60,000 nt of DNA from Camelus dromedarius (lineage: Eukaryota), in the NCBI RefSeq assembly GCF_036321535.1, contig NC_087436.1, positions 85,748,001 to 85,808,000 on the forward strand. Reading direction: 5' to 3'. Position 1 is the first letter of the stretch, and every line of letters begins with the position of its first letter. Position numbers and translations under genes: made by a program. This document shows positions 14,763 to 26,576 of the stretch, piece after piece. The notes below the pieces were generated by a model. It ran no database searches. It was given only the letters and a program-made list of their open reading frames with translations, and was not told the origin of the DNA.

Positions 14763-16899
14763 ATCCCCTCCCCCACAAGACAGTCAGCTACCAGGGGCAA
14801 CCCGTGGCATTAATGCAGCAAAAAATTTTTTTTACCAGAATCTGTATCTTGGAACTCAAAGCAAACCTGCAAAAACAGATTTTCTTGAGTGAGCAGATCT
14901 GCCTGGCTTTTACACCTAGAAATCGGCCTCGCACTGGGTCCCCCTGACAAGCCTTGGCAGCCACTCGGGCACAGATTTCTCGAATCCCCCAGCTTTAGAA
15001 GTGGGAAATGTGGCAGAATTCACCAGTCACAGCTACAGGACTCCGGAATAGTGACACTGGGTGGCAAACACAACTTCTGCAGCACATGAGACCTCAATCT
15101 GGTGCACAGTACCCGAGTGCCCAGAGCCCAGGTCCGCAGCCCAGGCTAACCCTGGGTTCCCCTTTGCAGTGGGTGAGAAACAGGGAAAAGAGCACAGGCT
15201 TCTCCTTAGACTGTGTGCAGGACACACAGTCCTACCCAATTCCAATGCCAGGCGCTTCCTGGTGAGTCGTCAGATACCAGTCACCAATTTTCTAAATTGC
15301 TAATCAGATAATTGCTGTAATAGTTAATTTTGCAGCCATTCTACATCTGAATAAACAAAATAAAAAATAATTAGACCAAAACAATCACATTGGTCTAAAA
15401 GCACACTAATGGACAAAATTAGTTTATTCAAATTTGTTGCGACATTCATCAAAACACTTGGCTGGTCAATTTGCTTAATGAGTGTTGACTTTTCCCTTAA
15501 TTTTTCTTGGGTGACGTTCACTTAGAACAATACATTAAGCTTGCTACCCGCTTGCAAAGAATTCTTAATGACCAAACCCGTTTCTGAAATGATTTCTTCC
15601 TCAATCTCTTCATAGAAAATAAGAGGAAATGTCTGAAAACGACCTTGCTCTATTCGCCAGAATTAAAAAAAAAAGTTTCCAATATGCCTACTGAGAAAGT
15701 TTTACTTCTTTATATGACTTTGGAATAATGGCTATCCCTAAATGCAGGAGGGAAAAGGGGCCAATTCTAAAATTGCAACCTTTTAGTATATAATTTAAAT
15801 CGATGGCCAATTGGAGGAAACTCAAGTTGGAGGAAGGAAATTTAGTATTTTTGGAAATCTAAATTAATATTATGTCAAGTCCTGGCAGCATTTTTTTTTC
15901 AAATGACTATAATTAGAGATATGCAAATTCTTCACTGGGGGAAAAAAGCTGAAAGAGAAAAATGCACCTAATTAAGTAATGATTTTATCTTTATTAGATG
16001 GTATTAAAAGTGTAAATGTGGTTTAACACTTTTAAAACTATAAAATAGCAGTATCTCCTTCAGAACTCAAGGAATATCACACCAGACAAACAATGGCAAA
16101 GTCTGTCATTTTATACATTTTCCTTAGAAACAACAGCTCGAATATGGGCTTCCTGGTACTTGGATGATTCCAACCATTACATGTTGTCATAAACAATAAG
16201 CTTGGAATATGGCTTAGGGCCATAAATTGACCATTTTTCAGATAGTTACAACCACTAACTTCTCTCTACAATACCTTTTTAATAACTTATTTTGGAAGAA
16301 AATTATTTTTTAAAGGCAGCTACTAGTGATTTAATGTTTCAAGACTTTGCTACTTTGGTCCTGATTTGGTAGACCCAAAAGCTACAAATTTTGTCAAAAA
16401 GTGCATATAGATTCTGGCAAGACGGTGGTGACAACATAATTATCAGATCTCCCCAACCCACCCCAATGATAAAAACAGACAAACAGAACAGAACCAAAAG
16501 CCCACAGATGACATCTACAGCAAGCCCACGTGCTAAGGTTTCCCCGTGAGCCCTGTGTATGAGGAGGTGGGGACAAACTCCTAACAGCTTGAAGAACTGT
16601 TCTTAGGTACACACTGGAAAGCTCAAGGGCCACTCTGAGGACACCCACAGAAGCTGGCAGAGGGCCCTGCAGGTTCCACTTTACTAGGAAATGCAGAGGG
16701 GATTTGGACCCATGTATTTCTGATGTCCTGGTATGTTTGGGGGTGGGGGAGGTCTGATCCCTGTGAACTAACAAACTAGGTCATAGCCCCATACTGAGGA
16801 GAAATTGCTGAGGATGAATCTATGACGAGGAAGATGGGGCAAAAGAAAGGAAAGGTTCAGATGGGTAAGGGGTGGGAACAGGGACCCAAAAAAAAAGTA

Positions 16900-18400
16900 A
16901 GATCTTAAGATGTAGAAAATAAAAGAGTCCAATTTTTTTTTTTTTTTACCACTTCGTGGAGACAATGTAAGTGGGTACTCTCTACAGAGCCATGAAGCTA
17001 GAAAGGCTATAATGGCCCTACTAAGAGTATAGGAAGACTCAGAGTGAACAACAGAAAAGAATTGCAGTGAATTCCAAATATTTTATTTAAAGAAAAAGTA
17101 AGGAACTGAATGATATCCCTAATACAGACAATAAAATTATGCCAGAAAAACACAAAACAAATGAGAACTATAACCTAATATTTCAAAAATGAGCTAAAAG
17201 AAATGTATAAAAGAAGCTAGAAAGAATGGCCTAAATCAGAACTTTTAAAATTCAGAAATGAGCTAAATAGAGAAAAGGAAGATTTGAAAATGGAGATAAA
17301 GAACTAAGAAAAGGAAAAAAAATCAGAAATAAAGGGTAAATAAAAAGAACACAGGAGCAAATAAAATGAATAATGCCTTAAAAGAGGTAGAAGATGGAAA
17401 GGAAGAAAAATTTTAAATTCAAACAAATGATGAAGATATGAAAAGGACTGAGAGAAAGTGATGGAAACAGAAGGTAGGCAAAGAAGATCTAACATACACA
17501 TAATGGGAGTTCCAAAAGCCAAGAAATTATAGTCGGCCCTCTGTGTCTGCAGGTTCTACATCCACAATACAGAGTGCCAGCTGTACTGTGCTGTTTTATG
17601 TAAGGAATTTGAGCATCCAAGATTTGGGGAGCTGTAGGGGTCCTAGACCCAATCACTTGCAGATACCCAGGGACACTGTACCTATTAGAGTGGCACATCA
17701 TATCCCTAAAAAAACCAGCCCAGAGCAGCCAATGCTATAGAACTACTGGACTTTAAAAAAATGAAGGTAAAAAAGCCCTTTGGATATCTAGGCAAACATA
17801 CCAAGTTAAACATGAGGGGGAAAAAAGCAGATTGCCAGCAGACTTTGACAACACTTCATAGCAAAATACAACACAGTTAAAAATTAAAGATCCTTGAGCA
17901 AAGAAAAAAATGGGCCAAGGACTTGTATCAGCCAACCTGACTTTTAAGTACACAGGCAAAGGCTATAGACAAGCTGCTGTGAACATATAATTCAGGAAAT
18001 ACTTCCCTTGAGTGCTTCCTGAGGTGTCTATTAGAAGATGAGCTTCAGAAAGACAAAATGTCAGGAAAGACAGGACATAAGGACTAGTGGCTAGCATTAA
18101 ACACTTATTTCCCTGTGGAACTAAGACTAAATGGTAACAAAGCAGAGCATGTGATTGCTGTATCTTCTGATAAAGCAATTTTGGTACAGCTATCAGAACA
18201 ATTAGAGGAGGGAGGAACGTCTGTAAAGTAGAATATGCTTGTTGATTGCCTTATACATAGTAACTAGGAGTAAAAGGATATTACTTCAAATCCCAAGCTC
18301 GGGGAGAAAAGGGAGGGGAAAGAACAGGCTACTAGCTAATTTAAATGTTACTCGCAATAGGAAACCAACAGGAAATAGCACCTGCCTGACAGTGGCTTCA
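16900..18400 (+). mobile_element. Ancient L1/HAL1 ORF1-like relic, interrupted by a MER2-like element
   Basis: A-rich region, then AGATCTAACATACACATAATGGGAGTTCCA (RSNIHIMGVP, the L1 ORF1p RRSNIRIIGVPE-like motif) and downstream RLxxDF- and PAxLTF-like remnants with many frame disruptions. Confidence 0.65.
17530..17678. mobile_element. MER2-like (TcMar-Tigger) non-autonomous DNA transposon, internally deleted
   Basis: Terminal inverted repeats TAGTCGGCCCTCTGTGTCTGC / GCAGATACCCAGGGACACTG, flanked by TA on both sides. Confidence 0.7.
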
Positions 18401-21400
18401 TGGTGCTTTGTTGGACTCAACATGCTATCAGTCAAACATGTGTATTATTAAAAGCTGAAGCTGGTCAGATTTTGACAAGAAAAAGATGAAAGAATTTTAA
18501 AAGGAGGTACAGAACTTTCAGTCCTTGAAGGGCACTCAGCGTGGACCCCTGGAGCATCTCTCTCAGCTGTGAAAAAGCATTCTGGTCCGTTCTGAGAAAA
18601 ATGGCTCCAAACCTACAGACAGACGACGCACTTGGCACATTCAAGGCTCCATGAAGTCTCAAAAGTAAAGACACCTATCTGTGTCCCTGGCATTGCAGAC
18701 ACTTCTTCCACCCCCTTTGGTACATCCTTCATCAGTACATCCTCATGCCTGCTGGAGAGGCTGAAGTTAAGACTGGAGCCGTGACAAGCTGGAAGACTGC
18801 CCAGTGCTCAGCCCTTCGAAGGGCACCACCGGGACAGACAGGACTCAGGTGACAAACATCTCTCAAAGCTCCTCCTGCGTCAGCCCCTACCCTGTCCCCA
18901 TCCCCCTCCCCCCATCTCTCTCTGCTTTGCCTCCTCTGCACCCTCCTTCCTTGTCAACCCAGCACCAGCCACCACCGGGCCCTCTGAGAAACCTTGCCTT
19001 TCTTTGCTTTCTTCCTTAGTTGACCATAATAATCAACTGAAATAAATCTAAATTAAGCTGCTTTCTAAGAGATACCTAAGATTTTTTTCCCCCCTTCTGG
19101 GCTCTTTGTGGACCTAGGCTCATGAAAGAAAAAGAATTCACTAGACAGAAGCCCCAAGAGGACAAGGATTTTGGCTTGGTGTGTTCACAGCTATAACACC
19201 GCCCTCCCACTTGCATCAATAATTATTTGTGAACAAATTTATAAATTCCTGGTACGTGTAGGGTCTGTTTAAAAGATACTGAAGGGATTAACAGAATGAA
19301 GCTGTAAATCTTAAGTGCTACAGTTTTATGCCCAGAGCTTCTGTTCCAAGTTTCCCGTATGGAAAAAGAGGCCGTCTGCACCTGTCTGGGACCATCTTCA
19401 CCTGGTGAACTCTTTGGACTTCTGCTCCCTTGGCCAGCCTCTCCCTAGAAGGCACTCATTCTGAAACTAAGGTGATAGTTCCTTTTAAACAATAGCTCTT
19501 GAAAATGCTAGAATGGAAATTAGGCTACACATTCAGATCTCTTAAAAAATTCATAAACCCTTCTACATATGCTAGTTTATTTTAAAAAGCAGGAAAGGCA
19601 AAGGAGGGTGGTTCTTTTTCATGAAAGTGATGCATTTCGGTTGAGCTCGAAACTTGTCTACTATTTCCCTATAGTAAATATACTGACTATACCAAATAAG
19701 TAGAAAAACATTTAAATATCCCAATTAACTGTTTTCAAGTGGCTGTTCTAATGACATTATTTTCAGAGTAAGAATCCTGGGTTAATTTAACAATGACAAA
19801 AAGCCTAAAGGCCAATTCGTGCTGTTTTACTGGGCCATTTTTTGAAATGAAAATCTTCCATCAGCTGTTAAAAAAGAAATCTACATTGCGAAAATTAGGA
19901 TAGAGACTTATTTCCAACACTTTACAAACTAAAAAACTGTATCACTTTGAAAGGACCCAGTCTTTCCAAATAGAGTAAGTTTCCGTTTTTTAAAACACAG
20001 CCTTGCACTAGGCCAAGTAGAATAACAGATATCCAAATGCCACACGAAATCACCAGGAAACGTTTTCCCCAGAAGTCAAACCTACATTAGGTCCCTTCTA
20101 TAAATACTTCCCTCCAATAAAAAGAGACACCAAGTAATTTCCACAGTTCTTTGTGATGTTCCCTCCTTTGTTCTAACCCTGCAAAGCAATTCCTCTGCTA
20201 ACAAATCTGCATAGGCCATTATATTTAAATTACTGGCAGCCCGGGACCATTTTAAAGAATTTCATAACAATAATACTGTTGAAATAAACCTAAGTCACCT
20301 GGGGTAAACCTAACTGAAACAGGGTAAACAACTCAGAGATATAAGGGGGAAAAAGGTTTCTCCTCTTCTCATTTTCATTATTATTTTTATCCATTAGGTC
20401 AAGAACGAGGCATTCCTTGGAAAATACCATCACTTACACCTTTCCCTCATGTGATACACTTCTGCATCCCACAAATAGCCACCTCCTCCCGCAGGCTCAC
20501 TGCTTTGGGGAGGGCAGTAACCAGCGCCCCTACTGATCTTCTGGTTACCTTCTAAGGCAGGTTTGGGGAACTCAGGGCAAAATCTCAAGATGCCCTAAGC
20601 CACTCAGGACTCTTATCAAGACTTGGGGTTTTGGCTTGCTGCTGGGTTTTGTTTTGTTTTTTTAAAGAATGAATTTATGCAGACTGCTACATACCTGGCT
20701 TACCATTTTACTAAATATTTAAAATCTGGTAGTAAGCAAAGATTCAATGATCATCTCCTGCCACTACCAGATGTTGAACCTAAAAAATCTGTGATCTTGC
20801 CTGAGGGTGAAGAGGCAGGAAGGTGGGAGAGGGACCTAAAAGCAACTCAAAGTACATATCCTGTGGACCTAGTCTGGATCTGCATTGTGCATGCAATATA
20901 CGTAATACCATGCAAAAGTGAGATCTATACACTTCCATTTTTAAGAATTATTTCTCTGAGTAAGCAACTACTTGACCAGATTACACTTAGAAAAATCTCA
21001 TCACATATGGCACTGCAGGAAATACTGTTACTTCTGAAGAATAAAAATCCAGGCACCCTAAAAACTACCCTTTTCCTTCTGCTAGCTTCCAGAGATTTTT
21101 TTCTATGGAAGTCTTTCAGCTAACTAACCCTCTGCTTCTGCTGTCCACACCTTGACCAATGCCAGTCCCCACTCATCAAGATTTAACTCAGGTCCCAGAT
21201 CTGACTGAATTAGCCATTATACTCAAAAAGTAGGGAAATGAATATGTTTCCCAGCTTCTGGACCAGGACTGTTATTCAAACCTTGTTACAGATTTACTAT
21301 ATTAGCATCTACCCCACACTTATGTTCCCATAGATCCTGGGCTCCTGAAAGGCAGCGATCACATTGTAGAAATCATCACGCATGTCGACATGACAGGTGA

Positions 21401-23084
21401 AATGATGCAATCAACTAGAAGCTGCTGAATTGCTATTTTATTACTACCACCTTCCCCTGCTGGACCGCGGGCTAGTCTGGTATGTGCCACTGAGCCATGA
21501 CCATGAAATGACCAAAGGGAAGGGGCAGGTGGGAAAGGAAGTCAGGGTGCCGGGTGAACCTCAGAGTGATCAGTCCATCCCTGAGTAATCAAGGGAAAAG
21601 GACTTCCTTCATCCTGACAGATTTCTCAGCCTACGTGCGGCACAGCTGGCTGTATCTCAAAATTACCAGTCGGCCGGGCGATCACAGAGCACATTCTTAG
21701 GTTAGGGGTAATTATGGTCGATTATGGATTTCCCTAGAATTTTGGCACTCAGTTTAAGCTCTCACACTGCACAATTCATTCTGTGGTTAGATCCCCCCAC
21801 CACCACCACCTCCAATAGATCAATAACCCATTTCTAGGTGTGGGTTCTTTACTGGCTATTTTCCATGTAGCCAAAAGTTGTGAAGAGAGTAGTGAATCCT
21901 GTGAGAGTCTACCCAGAATTTATAAGACACACTCTACCCCGGAGCCAAGGCAGTGAAGGGAGGAAAACAGCTGGTTATTTTATTTATAAAAGATTTCAGG
22001 CTGGCTCTTAAAAAGGGTCATTGAACCAACCAAGCAGGGCAGGACCCAACCATTTCAAAAGAACAATAGCTTCACTTTTCTCATACCTGCAGCAAAGACC
22101 CTATAACTAGCTCTGGTAACACAACAAAGTCTTTTTTAAAAGTTCCAATCAAAGAATTTTCCCTAAAAAAAAAAAAAAATCCCAATTTCCTTCTGGGGCA
22201 GTTTAAACTATTCTCATCTTGTCCCTTTCTTCATTCACAGGCTACAAATATTTGAAGGCTGTCATTCACTAAACCTTCCTTCACCTTATCTTCTCCAGGC
22301 TTAATAAATCCAATTTCTTGAAGTTGCCTTCAGAAGGCCTATTTCCCAAAGCTTTAATCAACTCTACATGGTCTTCTCCACCCAAAACATCCATTTTGTT
22401 CTCTGAGAAAACCAATAAACATACTTTTTAAATGGTTTAATACAGAGAAGAAATGTAGGGATTATCTTCCTGCTCTCTCTTTTCATGAAAATTTACTTTT
22501 CATCATATGACTGGTACAAAATATACAATTCTTTCTAATCTCCGAATCCTACCATAATAGTATAAAGCCATGTTCTGTGACTTTTGGGGTTTAGTTTTGT
22601 TTCTTACAGGGACCTGACCCTAAGAAGAATTTCATTTATATCTACCACCGTGTCTGCAAAACTGAGTTTCGAGTAAATGCAGCCTGTAAATGATCAATGA
22701 ACAAATACAGTGGAGTCAAGTATCACATGCCCTCTTTCAAACAGGCTGCTCCTCCTCTTGGCTCTATTTCTGTTAATTCCACAGCACCACCAGTTCTCCC
22801 AGTTAGCACACCCACAATAGCTCCTGCTCCCCTTCCCCACAATCTCATTGGTGCCTGACACATCCAAGATGCCTGGAAATTTGCCAAGAGAATTAAGGTT
22901 GCTGCCTTTATCTTCCTTGTGTCTCTTAAGTGTTCCCCCTTCTTCCCAGAGCATGAACCTCAAGACTCACGTGCTCGCCCCTTCATCCAGAGACCATCTA
23001 ATCATCTAAAGAGTGACTGATTCCCTCTGCCCAGCTCCCCACTAATACATAGCTCTCAGCCACTGGATTAACCAACCTAAAAGA

Positions 23085-23715
23085 GGCTCCCCCTCAGATA
23101 TTTGTACACCCACGTTCATAACAGCATTCTTCACAGTAGCCAAAAGAGGGAATTTACCCAAGAGTACACTAATGGATGATAAAACAAAATGTGGCATATG
23201 CATACACATACATACGTAAATATATACATTAAAAAGGAAGGAAACTCTGACATATGCTACAACATAGATGAACCTTGAGGACAGTATGCTAAATAAAGTA
23301 AGCCAGTCACAAGGACAAATATTGATTCCACTTATATGAGGTCCCTATACAGACAGAAAGTAGAATGGGGGGAAGGTATAGATCAAGTGGTAGAGCGCAT
23401 GCTTAGCGTGCTCAAGATCCTGGGTTCAATCCCCAGTATCTCCTCTAAAAAATTTAACATAGTTACCTCTCTCCCCCCTCAAAAAAAAAAAAAAAGGTAA
23501 TACAATAATAAATAAATAAATAAAATATTTTTAAAAATAGAAAGTAGAATATTGGTTGCAAACGGCTGAGGGACAGGGTGTTTCATGGGTCCAGAGTTTC
23601 AGTTTAGTGTTCTGAAGATGGGCTCCCGACATTGTGATTGTCATACCACTGGACTGTACACCAAAAAAATGGTTAAGATAGTAAATTTTATGTTATGTGT
23701 ATTTTGCCAAAATTT
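23085..23715 (+). mobile_element. L1M 3' end fragment (host of the SINE at 23367)
   Basis: GATATTTGTACACCCACGTTCATAACAGCATTCTTCACAGTAGCCAAAAG...ATGAACCTTGAGGACAGTATGCTAAATAAAGTAAGCCAGTCAC...ATGTTATGTGTATTTTGCC. Confidence 0.85.
23367..23538 (+). mobile_element. tRNA-derived SINE (Vic-1-like) inserted into an L1M fragment
   Basis: A/B boxes and A-rich tail, with a perfect 12-bp TSD AGAAAGTAGAAT at 23355-23366 and 23539-23550. Confidence 0.9.
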
Positions 23716-26196
23716 AAACACACACCCCTCCCTTAGTTTCAGCTGCCCCCAGCAAACTCCGATTGTTTGGAGCGGGCTGGGCAGTGTGGTTGGATAGAAT
23801 GGTGGAGCGAACAGCCGTGGACTAGTAAGCAAAGCCAGGAGGGCCTCTACTGGGCCAAGGCCACCTTAGCCTAGATTCCAAAGCCTTTTTCAGAATATGG
23901 ACCAAACTCAACGCTAAATACATCCTCCCTCCAATGCTCCTTGAGTCTAACCAGAGTGCCTTTCTAGCCTCTTCCCCTCCAATTCCCTGCCCTCAGCCAT
24001 CACACCAATTGAAAGATTTGACAATCCTCAAATAAGATCTGAATGTTTTGCTCCTTGTTTCAGGAGCTTTTTGCAATCTAAGCCTCAACTACAGGCAACT
24101 GATCCTCTTTTAAGGTGCAGAAATTAATGTCAAATATTATCTCCCACGTGAACACTTTTACTGATCTCCGCCCAGTCTCTATCACCTGCCCACCAAGATG
24201 TAAACTCCTCTGAAATCTTGCCTGGCACTTCTTAAGACACCAAATTCTACTCTGAATTAGTGGCTCTGGTCTTACTCCGTTCCTCCCCAACCCCCGGAGC
24301 CCATACCTAGAGTCCCTGCAAGGATTGAGGCATAGGGATTGATCAGCCTTTGTTAAACTGAATCTGTGATGTTGACTGGGCATTTATTACATTCAAAGCT
24401 CCATGCAAGTGCTGGAAAATAGGAGAGAGGTTAAACGGGTATTGACTGAGCACCACTGTGTATCCAGCCCTGGGCAACAGACAAGCTCAGCTTGATCCCT
24501 CCCACCTGGGGAAGGTCAGAAAAGCTCCTCCCTCCCAAGGTGCTTTCAATGCCACTTTACAAGGCAATAGGGTTCAAGGACCCTCTGTGACCTACACCTG
24601 TCACCTTGAGAAATTAGCCATTTACAGAAAGTTCCCCATCTAAACGTTTATCCAGAAATCTTTATCCCCTTTGGTGGAAAGCAGGCTATAAGGTTAAACA
24701 AAGAACCAGGGAGAAAAGTCTACATTAACACTAACTGTGAACCTTTTAAAAAACTAGACATTCAATATATAAACTCCATCTTAATACTAAAAAACAAACA
24801 AACAAAACAAACAAACAAACAAAAAATAACCTCTATATAGTCTGTTTTTAGACCATTTCCAAATTTCTTTTCTAAGAGACAATGCTGAAGAGGGAACATA
24901 AAATCAGCCTGATGGTGGAGTCCCTGAGCTTTCCCCGTAAGGGACACTGCGCCAAGTGTGTTTCCCCCATAATCTAACTTCGTCCTTCCAGTAGCCCCGT
25001 GCCTTCAACCCCATTTTACAGGCGAAGAAATGAAGTTTAAGTAGAGGTGAAGGGTCTTATCTCAGATCGCAGAGCTGGCAAGAGACTGGATTAAAACCCA
25101 GCTTGTCAATTTCAGAGCCCAAGCCCTTGACTCTGGTGCCACATGCCCTGAATAACAATTTAGCTTAAACTTTCAAGTTTGCAAAAGCCTTGGAAACCTA
25201 TCAGAAAGGTATGCAGCAGAAGGCATCTAACAAAAGTGTGTTATAATCAAAATGTAAGCACGAGGGCTAGAAAGTAAGATGAATGGGGAAATTAAGCAGG
25301 TATGAAAGTCTTCATTGGAGAAATCGTCCGGGGGTTTTTCCCCTGGGGAAAAAAAATTTTCCAAGATCTGTTCAGTCTCTAAGACTAGTGATTCCCAACT
25401 GTTATGTCGAAAGCTATATAAATCTCAAGACAAAAGTTAAAGCCTATTTCTTCTTAAAAGCTCTCAAGTTAGTACCTATTGGTATCTGCATGCAAGGATT
25501 ATAAAGAAAAGTAGTCAAATTCCACATAACCATGGAGTTTCCTCATTCGTTAGGTGCCTATCCCATCCCCAACCCAGTGCCAAGTATCTTTACAAGAATT
25601 GGTTTCTAATCTTTAGAGCAATCACATTAAAGTAGGCATTATTCTCGTTTTATGGATAACAATTTCTATTTTACAGATAATAATTATGGCTGACATGTAT
25701 TGAGTTTGGACCATGAGTGTGCCAAGTAGCATCATTCTAAACACATATGTAGTCACACATTTACTGGTACAGAGAAGTTAGGTAATTTCCCCAAAGTCAC
25801 ACAGCTAAAACTACGATGCAAACGTGAAGCTCAGCCAGAGTAAGCAACTTGTTTCAAGGCTGCAAAGCTGTCACTGATAAAAGGCTCTCACCATTCCTTA
25901 AGCCTGTGCTCCTTCCACTAGTTACCTGCGTGATCCCACCTGTGCTCACCGGGGCCCAAGGCTAAATGCCTAAAAACCTAAGGAAGTGTAGTAGAGAGCG
26001 GTATTGCCTACAGCAACCAGACCAGCAAAGGTCCCATCTAAAGAGGCAGAGTTTTCTAGAGAATAAAGAAATCTAGATCTTGATACAAATTCTCCAGATT
26101 TTTAATATTGCCCCCAACGTTTTCTAAAAAAGCATAATGTGGGCCAAACAAAACAAGTGCAAGGGCTATCAGCTTGCAACTAAGAGTCCAAAGTCA

Positions 26197-26576
26197 GGAC
26201 CTAGAGATTGTCATACTAAGTGAAGTAAGTCAGACAGAGAAAGACAAATATATAACTTATATGTGGAATGTAAATGTGGCACAAATGAATTTATTTACAA
26301 AACAGAAACAAACTCACAGACACAGAGGACAAACTTATGGTTACAGGGGAGGGGAAGGAGAGGGAGAAATGAGATTGGGATTTGCAGATACTAACTACTA
26401 CAAAATAGATAGACAACAAGGTCCAATCATTTAGCATAGGGAATTATATTCAACATCTTGTAATAACCTATAATGATAAGGAATATGAAAAAGAATATAT
26501 ATGTGTGTAACTGAATATGTTGAACACCAGAAACTAACACAGCATTGTAAATCAACTATATTTCAATTTTTAAAAA
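26197..26576 (+). mobile_element. L1 3' end (cetartiodactyl-type)
   Basis: GGACCTAGAGATTGTCATACTAAGTGAAGTAAGTCAGACAGAGAAAGACAAATAT (DLEIVILSEVSQTEKDKY, L1 ORF2 C-terminus) followed by 3' UTR and an A tail. Confidence 0.88.

Noticed and set aside
13231..21123. Longer intronic ORFs (13231-13779, 182 aa; 20623-21123, 166 aa)
   Set aside because: No recognisable similarity to known proteins and no supporting exon structure; consistent with chance ORFs. A BLASTX or PhyloCSF search would be needed to overturn this.
26174..26434. ORF containing DLEIVILSEVSQTEKDKY
   Set aside because: Remnant of the L1 ORF2 C-terminus, not a host gene.
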